Virus record (IMG/VR): IMGVR_UViG_3300046492_000199
Reading direction: 5' to 3' (one strand)
DNA: 64,000 nucleotides
DNA from: a virus
The notes beneath the pieces are model-generated. The model saw only the letters and a program-made list of their open reading frames with translations. It had not been told where the DNA came from and did not search any database. Of this stretch, positions 29,311-39,885 are shown one piece after another. A program made the position numbers and the translations under genes. Every line of letters begins with the position of its first letter. Position 1 is the first letter of the stretch.

Positions 29311-31455
29311 ATGAAAACAAATACAGTAGCTAATGATGACGTGCTGGTTCATGGCGCGCGGCAGACCAGAAAGTTTAGCATCGCGGCTAATGGTAAAGCC
29401 TTCAAAATTCTTATCGACGGCATTTACTCAAATAAAATTCAAGCCATTGTCAGGGAAATTTCTTCTAACGCTTTTGATGCACATATCGGGGCGAATAGGA
29501 GCGAAACTCCTTTCGATATTCAACTTCCCAATCTTCTTGATCCAAGTTTCAGCGTCAGAGATTATGGCACCTCACTGTCTCACGAAGACATTATGGGTCT
29601 TTATACCACTTTGTTTGAAAGCACGAAAGAGGATTCTAACGATGAAATCGGTAAGTTTGGTCTCGGATCGAAGACGCCATTTGCCTATACCGACAATTTC
29701 ACTGTAACAGCCTTTCTTCGTGGCACGAAGCGTGTCTATGCTGCATATATCGATGTCAAGGGCGAGCCTAATATCTCCCTCATGGCTTCGGAAGACACGG
29801 ACGAACATGATGGCCTAATGGTTTCATTCCCGGTTAACTCCAAGGATTGTGAACGCTTCAGGGTTGAATGTGAAAAAGTAGTCGAAGGTTTTGATATTAA
29901 GCCAAATATTCGTGGCGCTAAAATCTCGTTGAAGCGCCACGGCGAGACCATCAAAGAAGGCTCTAACTTCAAGGTCTATCCTAATGGCGGGGCGCGCGCC
30001 AAGCAAGGCTGCGTAATTTACCCCATTGATCTTGACGCCCTGCCCTCATTGACACAGCAGCAGAAGAATATCCTGACTTCTGATATTTTAATTGATTTTC
30101 CAATTGGCGAACTTGATATCACGCCGAGCCGCGAAATGCTGAGCTATGACGATATCACGATCCAGAATATTTTGGATATGGCTGAGAAAATTGACGCCGA
30201 AATCTTAGGCGATATGGAACAGCAATATTCTAAGATGAGAACTATGCATGAGGCGCGATGCTTCATGACAAGGCATAAAAATGCTGCACTCAAGACTATC
30301 AGCAATTTCGCAACCAATCTACGGTTCAACGGCAAGACCGTGTCCAGCCATTCCAACATGCAGCGCGACAAGCTTAAAAAAATCTACGGCGCAAGCATTT
30401 ATAATGTTGATGGCTATGACATTAGGAACTTGAAAACGCTAAAATACAAAGGCGATAAGGGTTATGTTACGAGTTGGGACGTTGATGAAGGAACGATGTT
30501 TCTTGTCGAAGATTATCGTGACCCTAATAAGGCAGTTAAACTAGTCAATGCAAGGATTCGCAACAATTTAGGTGATCATACCAATATCGTCTGGATCAGA
30601 GATTACGGTATGACGGACAAGCAATTTAGGCAGTTGCGTAAGCTACTCGGCTACCCACCTAAGTTTTATAAACTTTCGGACTTCCAACTCCCGGTTCGTG
30701 AGAAGACTGTCAGGTCTTACAATTATGACCCTGTGCCTCGCATCGCGCGCCACGAAATCCGTGCCGAGAAAGTGAATAGTAGCAACCAGACCTACGAATA
30801 TATCTTCGATCTGAATAATCTCTCGCAAGACACCAAATATCTTTTTTTCTATAAGGGATATTTCTTAAGCAATGAGGCAGATGCAGACAGCGGCGTAGTC
30901 AATATTAATAACTATTTTACCAAGGAAGAGCTTGACAGTTTTATCGTTGTTCGTAATAAGCACTTGGAAAAAATTAAAAAATTAGGATTCACCAATGCTT
31001 TGACCGAAAAGCGTGACGCACTTGAGCAAATTCTCGATTTCCAAGCGTTTAACGCGCGGGCTGAGTTAGATAAAGAAATGAACCATTGGATTAAAAAATA
31101 TGCCAATGACTTAAGTGCTTTAGAGTATGACAGTGACACTTCGTTTAAAAAAGTGCTTGACTTTTTACGTAGATATGCTAATAACGATGAGAGTGACACC
31201 AACAGCGCTAACATTGCGTTGTGGAAACGACTCGTTCCTCTCTCAGCCTATGTCGCTAAAAAAGATGAATTCCCTGTAGAATTCACAGGTGCTGACACTC
31301 TCAGCTATTGGGTAGATAAATTTAAAGCGGATTACCCTCTCGTAAATCTGTATCTCCCGACATATACCAGCAGTGAATTTTACAAAAATTTAGAACATAT
31401 TTTTAATTACATCAAAATGGTTGACAAAGAAAATGGCCAAAATATTATTACATAA
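29311..31455 (+). CDS. rIIA: rIIA-like protein (GHKL/HSP90-type ATPase N-terminus)
   Basis: IYSNKIQAIVREISSNAFDA, VRDYG, STKEDSNDEIGKFGLGSK, ELDITPSREMLSYD. Confidence 0.85.
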   Translation: MKTNTVANDDVLVHGARQTRKFSIAANGKAFKILIDGIYSNKIQAIVREISSNAFDAHIGANRSETPFDIQLPNLLDPSFSVRDYGTSLSHEDIMGLYTTLFESTKEDSNDEIGKFGLGSKTPFAYTDNFTVTAFLRGTKRVYAAYIDVKGEPNISLMASEDTDEHDGLMVSFPVNSKDCERFRVECEKVVEGFDIKPNIRGAKISLKRHGETIKEGSNFKVYPNGGARAKQGCVIYPIDLDALPSLTQQQKNILTSDILIDFPIGELDITPSREMLSYDDITIQNILDMAEKIDAEILGDMEQQYSKMRTMHEARCFMTRHKNAALKTISNFATNLRFNGKTVSSHSNMQRDKLKKIYGASIYNVDGYDIRNLKTLKYKGDKGYVTSWDVDEGTMFLVEDYRDPNKAVKLVNARIRNNLGDHTNIVWIRDYGMTDKQFRQLRKLLGYPPKFYKLSDFQLPVREKTVRSYNYDPVPRIARHEIRAEKVNSSNQTYEYIFDLNNLSQDTKYLFFYKGYFLSNEADADSGVVNINNYFTKEELDSFIVVRNKHLEKIKKLGFTNALTEKRDALEQILDFQAFNARAELDKEMNHWIKKYANDLSALEYDSDTSFKKVLDFLRRYANNDESDTNSANIALWKRLVPLSAYVAKKDEFPVEFTGADTLSYWVDKFKADYPLVNLYLPTYTSSEFYKNLEHIFNYIKMVDKENGQNIIT

Positions 31456-31777
31456 TACCTATGGCTACTACTGGCTCCCAAAAGAAATCGTTATGCGTTA
31501 TCTGGAACTAGCAGGTCTGTCATATATTTTTGACCCTGATGGTGGGTGGAGCAACGAAAAGAAATGGACAGTTAACGGCAAGCCGTTTGATCCAGACGAT
31601 GAAATCGAGCGTCACGACACTTTACTTGTCCAAGCCGTGGAAGAATTCGAAGACTCTTTCGGGAGTCATTTAAACATTGAAGAAGTACCAGCTGGTACGC
31701 ATTACATGATTGAAGATTATGACGGAAAAGAAATGATCCGTATTCGAGAAAATATTAATTGGAGAATAGCAGAATAA
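31421..31777 (+). CDS. conserved hypothetical phage protein
   Basis: ERHD..LVQAVEE...IEEVP...YMIEDYDGKE pattern, between rIIA and rIIB. Confidence 0.55.
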   Translation: MTKKMAKILLHNTYGYYWLPKEIVMRYLELAGLSYIFDPDGGWSNEKKWTVNGKPFDPDDEIERHDTLLVQAVEEFEDSFGSHLNIEEVPAGTHYMIEDYDGKEMIRIRENINWRIAE

Positions 31778-32742
31778 TGACTTTTGGATTTGTACAAACT
31801 GGTCGCGGCGGCGTCAATCTTTTCTTTGGCGCTAAGCCAGTTGCGGTAGACCCGACCCACCTCTATTATAACGAAATTTTGGAAGAATTGAAGAAAGGTG
31901 CAACGTCTTGGAGCGTGGATCGACTCAAGGAGCTTTCCAACATCCCTGAAGCGATTAAGGGCCTGCTTTATGGTGACGTAACTGTCACAGATGGTGAAAT
32001 TTATTATAAAAATCACGTCGTGCATAACACTCTGACCAACAAAATGATCGAACTGATTCGCGAAGGTTGGGACGTTGGTATTTGGGCCAACTTCTTGAAT
32101 AATGTGATGAAGAACCCTTCACAAACTGCTGTTGACGAACTATATCTGTTTCTTGAAGCGGCGCAAATGCCCCTCACATCAGATGGCCACTTCCTAGCAT
32201 TTAAGAAGGTACGCGATGACTACACCAGTATCCACGACGGAAAGACCGATAATAGTATTGGGTCAAAACCTTCTATGCCTCGCGAAGAAGTCGATCCCGA
32301 CCGTGACCGTCATTGCAGCCGTGGTCTTCATTTTTGTGCTCATAGTTACTTAGGTTCTTTCGGTAGCACCGTAGGTCATCGTGTCGTTGTGGTTAAAATC
32401 AACCCCGCCGATGTTGTCGCCATCCCTTCAGATTATGCTAATGCAAAGGGTAGGGCTTGGACCTATGAAGTCGTAGATGAAATTGATAATCCCGGCAAGG
32501 GTGAGCGTGACAAGCGTTTCAATGTTGCGGTAGATGATTCGTGGGACGCTCCCGAGGAACTAGCCCTTGGTGATACTCCTAGTGATCTTCTCTTTGGCGA
32601 CATTTATACCGCTAAGGAAATCCTTGACAAGGTGAACGAAGTAGGGTCTGTCAGGGGTGCGGGTCGAGCCCTTGGAATCGCTAAGTCAACTTTTGGCGAT
32701 TGGGTTAAGAAGGCTAAGGAAATCGTTTCACAGGAGGATTAA
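31759..32742 (+). CDS. rIIB: rIIB-like protein
   Basis: NPSQTAVDELYLFL, DGHFLAFKKV, MPREEVDPDRDRHCSRGLH, KINPADVVAIP.DY...KGR. C-terminal HTH. Confidence 0.85.
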   Translation: MENSRIMTFGFVQTGRGGVNLFFGAKPVAVDPTHLYYNEILEELKKGATSWSVDRLKELSNIPEAIKGLLYGDVTVTDGEIYYKNHVVHNTLTNKMIELIREGWDVGIWANFLNNVMKNPSQTAVDELYLFLEAAQMPLTSDGHFLAFKKVRDDYTSIHDGKTDNSIGSKPSMPREEVDPDRDRHCSRGLHFCAHSYLGSFGSTVGHRVVVVKINPADVVAIPSDYANAKGRAWTYEVVDEIDNPGKGERDKRFNVAVDDSWDAPEELALGDTPSDLLFGDIYTAKEILDKVNEVGSVRGAGRALGIAKSTFGDWVKKAKEIVSQED

Positions 32743-33096
32743 ATGAAATTTCGTTACAAGATGGCTTTAGGACTGGCGGCTTTTTTGGCAGTCACCTATG
32801 GCGTGCGATACATATATGTAGCTGCGACGACAACCACAGTCACTGACCTATTTGTTAGGGACAGTGAGAGGGTTTGCGACAAGACTGGCAAGGATTGCAA
32901 GTACCTAGCCTTTGGACAGAACGAGACTTACGAAAATGTAGATGAATGGGTTTTTGCAAAATATAATTCGTCTGATGTTAATAAAGTTCTTGTCAAGGGC
33001 AATAGCTGTAGGCTCAAGGTTCACGGCTTCAGATTTGGTTATATGTCATGGTACAGAAATATTATCACGGCGGACTGTGTACCAAATACTAAATAA
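32743..33096 (+). CDS. secreted/membrane-anchored protein (DUF1523-like)
   Basis: N-terminal signal/TM segment; KYNSSD, GFRFGYMSWYRNII. Confidence 0.5.
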   Translation: MKFRYKMALGLAAFLAVTYGVRYIYVAATTTTVTDLFVRDSERVCDKTGKDCKYLAFGQNETYENVDEWVFAKYNSSDVNKVLVKGNSCRLKVHGFRFGYMSWYRNIITADCVPNTK

Positions 33097-33142
33097 ATGA
33101 GCGCTTCGGCGCTCCCTTCCCGTTTCAAAATTAAGAAAAATT

Positions 33143-34279
33143 ATGATTTATAAAACATTATTCCACCTCGATAACAACGACAATATTCGAACATGGTTTA
33201 TGGAGCAGGACGGCTCTCAATATCGGACCCACTCAGGCATTGAAGGCGGCAAGATCGTCATTTCTGAATGGAAGCAGGCCACGGCGAAAAATGTTGGCAA
33301 GACAAATGCCACGAGTGATGAGAGCCAAGCCACGGCTGAAATTGAAGCTCTGTATCAAAAGAAGCTGGACCGCAAGTACAGTCTAACTCCCGACACGGCG
33401 CAGCGCTCAAATTTTGTCCAGCCCATGCTAGCTGATAAATTTCACGAAACCAAAACTTTTAAAACCAAGAAGACTTGGATTCTCCAACCAAAGCTAGACG
33501 GACTCCGCTGTGTCATGGATGACACTGGTGGCACGTCGCGCGCCGGTAAGCCGTTTCACACCGTGGCGCATCTCGTCGCTAAACTGGACGAAGCCGCGCT
33601 AAAATATAATGTCACTTTCGACGGCGAGCTTTATAATCATTCGTACAAGGAGGATTTCGAAAAGATCGTTTCACTGGTCAAAAAGCAAAAGCTCTCAAGC
33701 CTAACAGATGAAGAGTTGCGAGAAATTGCTGACAAGGTTGAATTCCATATCTACGACGTAATTTTTTGGGACAATCTTGAGCGACCGTATCGCGAAAGAC
33801 TTGACTTTCTGGAAGAAATCTTTGTCGAAGACTTTTCTACCAGCACCAAAATTAAACTAGTCGAAGCGATTCAAATCGAAGGCCTTGATTTTGAAAGGGT
33901 TCAGCAGGCACACGACAAGTATTTTGCTGAAGGTTATGAAGGCCTTATGCTTCGTGACGCGGATTCTCCCTACGAATTCAAGCGCTCAAAAGGCCTTCTA
34001 AAATATAAAAACTTTGACGAAGATGAATTTGAACTTGTAGATATCATCGAAGGTCAGGGCAATTGGAGCGGCGCGGCTAAGGCTGTAGTTGTTAAAACCC
34101 CGCACGGAGAATCCGAAGCCGGTGTTGCTGGCACCTACGAGCGCAACAAAGAGATTTGGGAAAACCCTAAAAAGTATATCGGCGGACAAGTTACCGTTAA
34201 ATATCAAGGGTATACCAAAGACAATAAATTGCGTTTCGGTGTAGTCAAAGCTTTCCATGAAGGCAAAAGAGATTATTAA
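33143..34279 (+). CDS. lig: ATP-dependent DNA ligase
   Basis: PMLA, motif I QPKLDGLRC, FDGELY, FHIYD, EGLMLR, KRSKGLLKYK, OB-fold VTVKYQ...LRF. Confidence 0.92.
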   Translation: MIYKTLFHLDNNDNIRTWFMEQDGSQYRTHSGIEGGKIVISEWKQATAKNVGKTNATSDESQATAEIEALYQKKLDRKYSLTPDTAQRSNFVQPMLADKFHETKTFKTKKTWILQPKLDGLRCVMDDTGGTSRAGKPFHTVAHLVAKLDEAALKYNVTFDGELYNHSYKEDFEKIVSLVKKQKLSSLTDEELREIADKVEFHIYDVIFWDNLERPYRERLDFLEEIFVEDFSTSTKIKLVEAIQIEGLDFERVQQAHDKYFAEGYEGLMLRDADSPYEFKRSKGLLKYKNFDEDEFELVDIIEGQGNWSGAAKAVVVKTPHGESEAGVAGTYERNKEIWENPKKYIGGQVTVKYQGYTKDNKLRFGVVKAFHEGKRDY

Positions 34280-34789
34280 ATCATGGATAATTGGTATCCT
34301 TGGACCGGTGGACACAGTAATGGACCGGTTAGTCCAACAGCTGTTGTTGAGACTAAACTTCGGGATGGAACTTTGATGAAGCCATATCCAAGTGAAGGCA
34401 TCATTTGGACTCATTATGGCCAATCCACTGATATTATTGAATATCGTGTTATTAACAAAGAAGAGTCTTGATGTACGGAGTAGAAAAAATAACGCTGACG
34501 AGGCCTGAGTACAATCTCATGCAACGTCGGCTCGCAAAACTAGCTGCATTGGAAAGTCGCGGCGTCAATTATTGGGAATTTCATGACGAAGCGCTGATTG
34601 AATGGAAACGTGAAGAAGCGCTAAGCGATTTACTTTCCGCAATTATTGATGAAATTAACGACTTCCTAACCGAAGCTGAAATAGATCAACCCGCTGGTTA
34701 TGGCTGTGGATATTCGATTACATTTGACGAGGGTCAGATGGAAAATATCTTAAAAGGCTTTGCCGATAAATATGTTAGAATTAAGACCG

Positions 34790-35284
34790 ATGACAGATGA
34801 AGTTTTAAAATATTATTGCGGCGTGGGCAGCAGACAAACGCCGGATGAAGTGATGGCGGAAATGAGAATGATTGCTGCTATCTTGAGAGAGAATGGCTAT
34901 ATTCTCAATTCTGGCGGCGCAGACGGAGCCGACACAGCTTTTGAAGATGGCGCGGGCGATGAGAAGCAAATCTTTCTCCCTTGGGAAGGTTTTAACGGCA
35001 GAGATGGCATTGTTGCTGGCGGAAAAACTGCGGCAAGAAAGATCGCAATGAGAATTCATCCCTATTGGGATAATCTGACACAGGGCGGGAAGAAGCTTCA
35101 CACCCGCAACGCGTGTCAAGTCCTCGGCTTCGATCTGAAGACTCCTGTGGATTTTGTTGTGTGTTGGACCCCCGATGGCAAACCAAGTGGTGGAACCAGA
35201 ACTGCCGTAATTATTGCTGAAGAACATGGAATTCCGGTATATAATTTAAAGGTCGATAAATTTCCTATTGACAAATTCCTGTGA
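34790..35284 (+). CDS. SLOG-superfamily (DprA/Smf-like) protein
   Basis: CGVGSRQTP, LNSGGADGADTAFE, IFLPWEGFN, RNACQVLG, VVCWTPDG..SGGT. Confidence 0.75.
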   Translation: MTDEVLKYYCGVGSRQTPDEVMAEMRMIAAILRENGYILNSGGADGADTAFEDGAGDEKQIFLPWEGFNGRDGIVAGGKTAARKIAMRIHPYWDNLTQGGKKLHTRNACQVLGFDLKTPVDFVVCWTPDGKPSGGTRTAVIIAEEHGIPVYNLKVDKFPIDKFL

Positions 35285-35295
35285 CGTGCTAACTT
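35268..35295 (+). promoter_or_regulatory. sigma70-like promoter
   Basis: CCTATTGACA (TTGACA 35268-73), 16 nt, TAACTT, upstream of AAAGGAG RBS. Confidence 0.45.
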
Positions 35296-35326
35296 TTCCT
35301 TACATTCAAATCAAAGGAGAAACCAG

Positions 35327-35644
35327 ATGCAACAGATTAGCTACCGCGCCGCGCTTCGCAAGATCATTCTCGCTGGCGGCGATATCATGGGCATCACATT
35401 CGTTAAGGCTGACGGCGAACTTCGCGACATGACGTTTCGCCGTAACGTCGCTACGATGGTAAAGAACAACCCCGACAATGCAAAGAACGATAGCACTAAG
35501 AGAGTACGTCGCGGCTCTCTCATCACTGTCGTTGAAATGGATGGGACGCAGGACCGGAAGTGGAAGACGATTAATCTTCGCACCGTAACAGAACTGCGTG
35601 TCAATAAAGAAAGATATGTAATCGATGAATCAACAGTACGTTGA
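35327..35644 (+). CDS. WYL_2/Sm-like SH3 beta-barrel protein
   Basis: ITFVKADGELRDM...VVEMD...WKTINL pattern; strong RBS. Confidence 0.5.
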   Translation: MQQISYRAALRKIILAGGDIMGITFVKADGELRDMTFRRNVATMVKNNPDNAKNDSTKRVRRGSLITVVEMDGTQDRKWKTINLRTVTELRVNKERYVIDESTVR

Positions 35645-36183
35645 AGGACTGCTTGAACATTTAAAAACCTTTTACTGCGAAACGCAGTGGGATAAGGTAC
35701 TTGAATATTTTGGCGAAGAAGCTGCAAATGATCTTGACTTCATGGCACATTTTGATTATGAAGAAATCTTTGCCAGAGGCGACCTAAAAGAATGTGAAGC
35801 ATTTTATCACGTCTGCTTTATGCAGAGATGCTTGATTCTTGGCATGTTTGATCTTTCAAAAAACGAGGAAGCTGCAACAACTTTTGCCTATCTCGAATAT
35901 TGGGTAATTAAATTGCACACGAAATTTACAGGAAGTACGGAAAAAGATTTATGGCTTCATTGATTAAGAGAACTGCTGTTATTTGCGACGACGTTGTAGA
36001 ATTTGACGAACTGACTAGGTTTCGCCACAAAGAGGGTGTAGAGGAATATATTCACGTAACGACGGTAGACGTATTAAAAAGTATTGACATTCTTACAAAT
36101 GCCATATACCTTGGTTCGGCTACTAAGTTAGACGAATTTGCAGCACTACGTGCCGCAGTGAGTGAAAGAGGAGTATCGGAGCG

Positions 36184-36768
36184 ATGGCAGTAAAGCGAGC
36201 TAAAATTCTAGAATCGAAAGATTTGAAGACCATCTTTAAATACATAGATTCGAACAAAGACCATAAGACAAATGCTCGCGACAAGGTCGCTGTACTTCTG
36301 AGCGCCAAGGCAGGGCTTAGAGCTTCTGAAATCGCCGGGATTCGCTGGATCGATGTGACGAAAGCCGATGGCACGATTAACGATGTGATGCATATCGGCA
36401 ATCACATCACCAAGGGCGGGAAGCGAGAGCGACAAGTACCTATCCATCCAGAACTGAAACATTACCTTGAAGTCCTGAGACGCCAGCGCCCCGCTGATGA
36501 GTACATCCGATTCGGAGACTACAAGGAGACCATGACGGCCAACGCCATGACGGTGTGGTTCACGCGCCTGTATAAGGCTGTGGAGCTTCAAGGCTGTTCC
36601 TCCCATAGCGGTAGACGGACCTTCATCACAGAGGCGGCACGCCGCGCCAACCTGTACAACGCATCACTTCGGGATGTACAGGACTTGGCGGGACATGCGA
36701 ACCTTACCACAACGGAACGGTATATCGATCCTAGCGACGGTGTCAAGAAGCTGGTGTCATCTTTGTGA
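36184..36768 (+). CDS. tyrosine recombinase, catalytic domain only
   Basis: GLRASEI, TKGGKRER, SHSGRRTF, LAGHANLTTTERY (R-K-H-R-H-Y). Confidence 0.88.
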   Translation: MAVKRAKILESKDLKTIFKYIDSNKDHKTNARDKVAVLLSAKAGLRASEIAGIRWIDVTKADGTINDVMHIGNHITKGGKRERQVPIHPELKHYLEVLRRQRPADEYIRFGDYKETMTANAMTVWFTRLYKAVELQGCSSHSGRRTFITEAARRANLYNASLRDVQDLAGHANLTTTERYIDPSDGVKKLVSSL

Positions 36769-37250
36769 CACAAGATATCCCCGTATTTGAATATGTCGAG
36801 ACGTTTAAGATATCAGGGAGAGGGACGCTTTATTGCGGCCCTTCCCCCTTTGACGATCCGTTGCGCGTCATGACGTGGATCGGAACCAAAGTCATGATTG
36901 ACGGCGAGGTTCGCACGATTCGCGGCACTGAGACATACATGTCATTCGTAGGCCCTAGGAAGGGAAGTCCGATTGGGCTACTTTTTACTGCTGAAAATAA
37001 GGAAGATTTATGACTACGACAACTATTGATAAAGTTGATATTTTAGACACTCTCAACGCGGCTGAAGATTACGGTTATTTTAAGCCTATCATTCTGCAAA
37101 CATTGACGGCGTGGTACGGCCCTATCACTGTGGCTGAGATTGCAGCCTTTGCCGAAAGCTATCTAGAAGAGGATGGCTATAACGAAAATGATGTAGATTT
37201 TACCATAGAAAATATTACTTACATTTTTAAGATGTATGGGAAAATTATTG

Positions 37251-37688
37251 ATGCGTGATATTATTGTCGATCTAGACGGCACGGTTGCGGACTGTAGCCA
37301 TCGCCAGCATTACGTGCAATCCAAACCATCAAACTGGAAAGCCTTCGAAGCAGGTATTCCTCATGATACGCCACACCAGCACGTCATCGATCTGGTCAAC
37401 GCGCTCTATGCCGCTGGCTGGCGCGTCGTGCTTTGCTCCGGTCGTGGCGAGCAATCCAGAGACCATAGCGTAACATGGCTTGAGAAGCATGACGTAAATT
37501 ATCATGCCCTTTATATGAGAGCGCGTAACGATAGCCGCCGCGATGATATCGTCAAGATGGAGCTTCTTGATCAAATTATTGCAGATGGTTACAACCCTTC
37601 GTTTGTATTAGACGATCGAGATCAAGTTGTAGTTGCTTGGCGAGCCCGAGGTATTCCCTGCTTCCAAGTCGCGCCGGGAGATTTTTAA
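37251..37688 (+). CDS. HAD-family phosphatase (PNKP 3'-phosphatase-like)
   Basis: IVDLDGT, CSGR, LYMRARNDSRRDDIVK, VLDDRDQVV..WR..G..CFQVA.GDF. Confidence 0.85.
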   Translation: MRDIIVDLDGTVADCSHRQHYVQSKPSNWKAFEAGIPHDTPHQHVIDLVNALYAAGWRVVLCSGRGEQSRDHSVTWLEKHDVNYHALYMRARNDSRRDDIVKMELLDQIIADGYNPSFVLDDRDQVVVAWRARGIPCFQVAPGDF

Positions 37689-37772
37689 AATGAATCCTTT
37701 CACTAACAAAGGCTCAGAGAAACTTGCTAAGTTTTTGCGTGGGCTTTGGAACAAGATTGCAGTTAAAAAATA

Positions 37773-38099
37773 ATGAAAATGTACATCGCCGTACTTGATG
37801 AGTTTCCTGACTATATGGTCCCGACGCTTGTCGCTCATTCCGTGCTAGGCGCTCATCTCGAATTCCAAACGCAGCCTAGGTATAAGGGCTGGCTCAGCAT
37901 GTCTTTCAAGAAATGTGTGGTCCGTGTCAATCAGCGCGAATTCGATAAGATTGCTGCGTTAGAGCATGTCTACCTAGGCCACGAGAACAAGACTCTCGAC
38001 GGTCGTAAAGCTTGCGCCGTTGTTCTGCCTAATTTGGAGGAAGACGATCCTAACGTTTTAAAATTTGCAAAATTGTGGAAGCCAAAAGTTAATGATTAA
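37773..38099 (+). CDS. peptidyl-tRNA hydrolase type 2-like protein
   Basis: KMYIAV...VAHS..GA...WL..SFKKCVVRV...LKFAKLW follows the Pth2 layout. Confidence 0.55.
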   Translation: MKMYIAVLDEFPDYMVPTLVAHSVLGAHLEFQTQPRYKGWLSMSFKKCVVRVNQREFDKIAALEHVYLGHENKTLDGRKACAVVLPNLEEDDPNVLKFAKLWKPKVND

Positions 38100-38205
38100 A
38101 TGGCATTACGGCATAATTGTTAAATCAAACAAGCCACTTAAAGAACAAATCTGTGACGCGGTCAAGCGTTTAGAAGAAAAAGATAATTAATAGAAAGATA
38201 AAATT

Positions 38206-38739
38206 TTGGGAAAGCGTTCTGATTTCGAACGACTTCCACGTGATTATTATAGAACCATTGATCCTAGGGCTGTTCAAGCCCTTAAGCCTTTTATCGAGGA
38301 AAATCAAACCTTTATCGAGCCATGTGCCGGTGATGGGATTCTTACTGATCAATTAGTGGAAGTTTTAAAACTTAAATGTGTAGCAGAATATGACATTGAG
38401 CCTGATCACAAACGCATTTTGCAAAAAGATGCATTGACTTTGACGGAAAGTGATGTTATAGGTGTTGACATAATCGCTTCTAACCCGCCTTGGGATAGGA
38501 AGTTACTTCACCCGCTTATCGAAAGGTTCGCTACACTTCGTCCAACTTGGCTCCTTTTCGATGCAAATTGGGTCTGGACCAAACAATCGTCACGTTTCAT
38601 CACATCCTATTGTACCGATATCGTTGCAATCGGCAGGCTAAAGTGGATCGAGAACACCACAATGTCTGGTAAGGATGACAATGCGTGGTTCCGTTTCGAT
38701 ATAAACAAACAAGGATCGACAAAGTTCCATGGCCGTTAG
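38206..38739 (+). CDS. amino-DNA methyltransferase (N6A/N4C)
   Basis: DYYRT, FIEPCAGDG (motif I), IASNPPW (motif IV). Confidence 0.8.
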   Translation: MGKRSDFERLPRDYYRTIDPRAVQALKPFIEENQTFIEPCAGDGILTDQLVEVLKLKCVAEYDIEPDHKRILQKDALTLTESDVIGVDIIASNPPWDRKLLHPLIERFATLRPTWLLFDANWVWTKQSSRFITSYCTDIVAIGRLKWIENTTMSGKDDNAWFRFDINKQGSTKFHGR

Positions 38740-39462
38740 AGAAATGAGCGAAGAAGAGAAGGTTGAGTGTGAAACCATCACTAAAGAGATGCACGCTCAA
38801 GCCAGAAATCTTCTGAAAGACAAAGAGAAAACTGTTTGGCTATTTAAACCAAAGCCGCCTGAACCGGTGGGCTACATAACTACCCCGATGGGCGAATACC
38901 AAACATCAGCCTCAATCGCGAAAGAGGTGCAAGAATTCTTTGATTCAACCCGCAGAGAAAATACGGGAGCAATCGGTGGTCAATACAGTTACACCTTTAC
39001 TGACACACAGCTAGGCCTGATTCTAGAAATCAAAGACGGTTTTACCAATAAAACCATCAACGCAACGGACTTTAGTGAATTTTAAAGCAGAAAGGGAAAT
39101 ACGAAATGAAGCCTGACATTTATTACGAAAACAAGTGCGCCCACATCATCAACTGCTCCGCAATTATCAACCTTCAGATTCCACGTGCCGCTCGTGACGG
39201 CGGAAACGCGATCAGAAATCTCCGACAGCATGTCATTGACTTCATTGCCCTTACTCCTGATGTTTCTGATGGCCGTACCGATATGACTTGGGTCGCGTGT
39301 TGGAAAACAACCTATGCCCGCGTCAGTGATGCTATTCGTGATATCAAGGATATTGGCGATTATCGTCTGGATCAGAAGCGTAAGGAACTTGTTGCTGTGG
39401 CTAACTCTCTCCTCGCCGCACGCCGTGCCGTGTTCTGGTCCTAAACGAAAAGTTTTTATTTT

Positions 39463-39861
39463 ATGAAGCCATTTATTCACGCCAGATCGAGTGCCGCCAA
39501 GTTCGGCGGCACCCCTTCAGATTACATTAAAATTCACGAATATTTCGATAGCACGAAGTCCAGTCATGCCGATGTTCGCCACAGGGCAATTCTCCATACC
39601 GCGTTTGGTATTTATCTCGTGGCAGATGTTTTTGGTCATCACATCACCAACAGCGACGGCAAAACCGTTTCAGTGCGCGATATTGGCGAGCAGCACGTCA
39701 TGGAAGATTTGGGCCGCATCCCATCCATGTCTGATTATTTAAATCATATGACGATTGAGGATTGGATGTTGGGTCCGCATAATAAAGCAAAAAGAAATAT
39801 TACTAAATTTTCGATGGCTGGTACGGACGAAGGTGATTCCCACGTATTCTGCCGAGTATGA
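39463..39861 (+). CDS. DUF6915-like protein
   Basis: PFIHARSSAAKFGG...IHEYFD.TK....DVRHRAILH..FG...EQHVMEDLG.IP. Confidence 0.6.
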   Translation: MKPFIHARSSAAKFGGTPSDYIKIHEYFDSTKSSHADVRHRAILHTAFGIYLVADVFGHHITNSDGKTVSVRDIGEQHVMEDLGRIPSMSDYLNHMTIEDWMLGPHNKAKRNITKFSMAGTDEGDSHVFCRV

Positions 39862-39885
39862 TTATCACTTAGAAAGTTTAATTTA

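Noticed and set aside
33099-33114. GAGCGC-TTCG-GCGCTC hairpin as a terminator
   Set aside because: There is no U-tract after the stem; it may be a stabilising or processing hairpin, but this is unsupported.
36184-36768. Integrase marking a prophage boundary
   Set aside because: Phage-type genes continue on both sides; no host genes, att-like repeats or repressor are seen.
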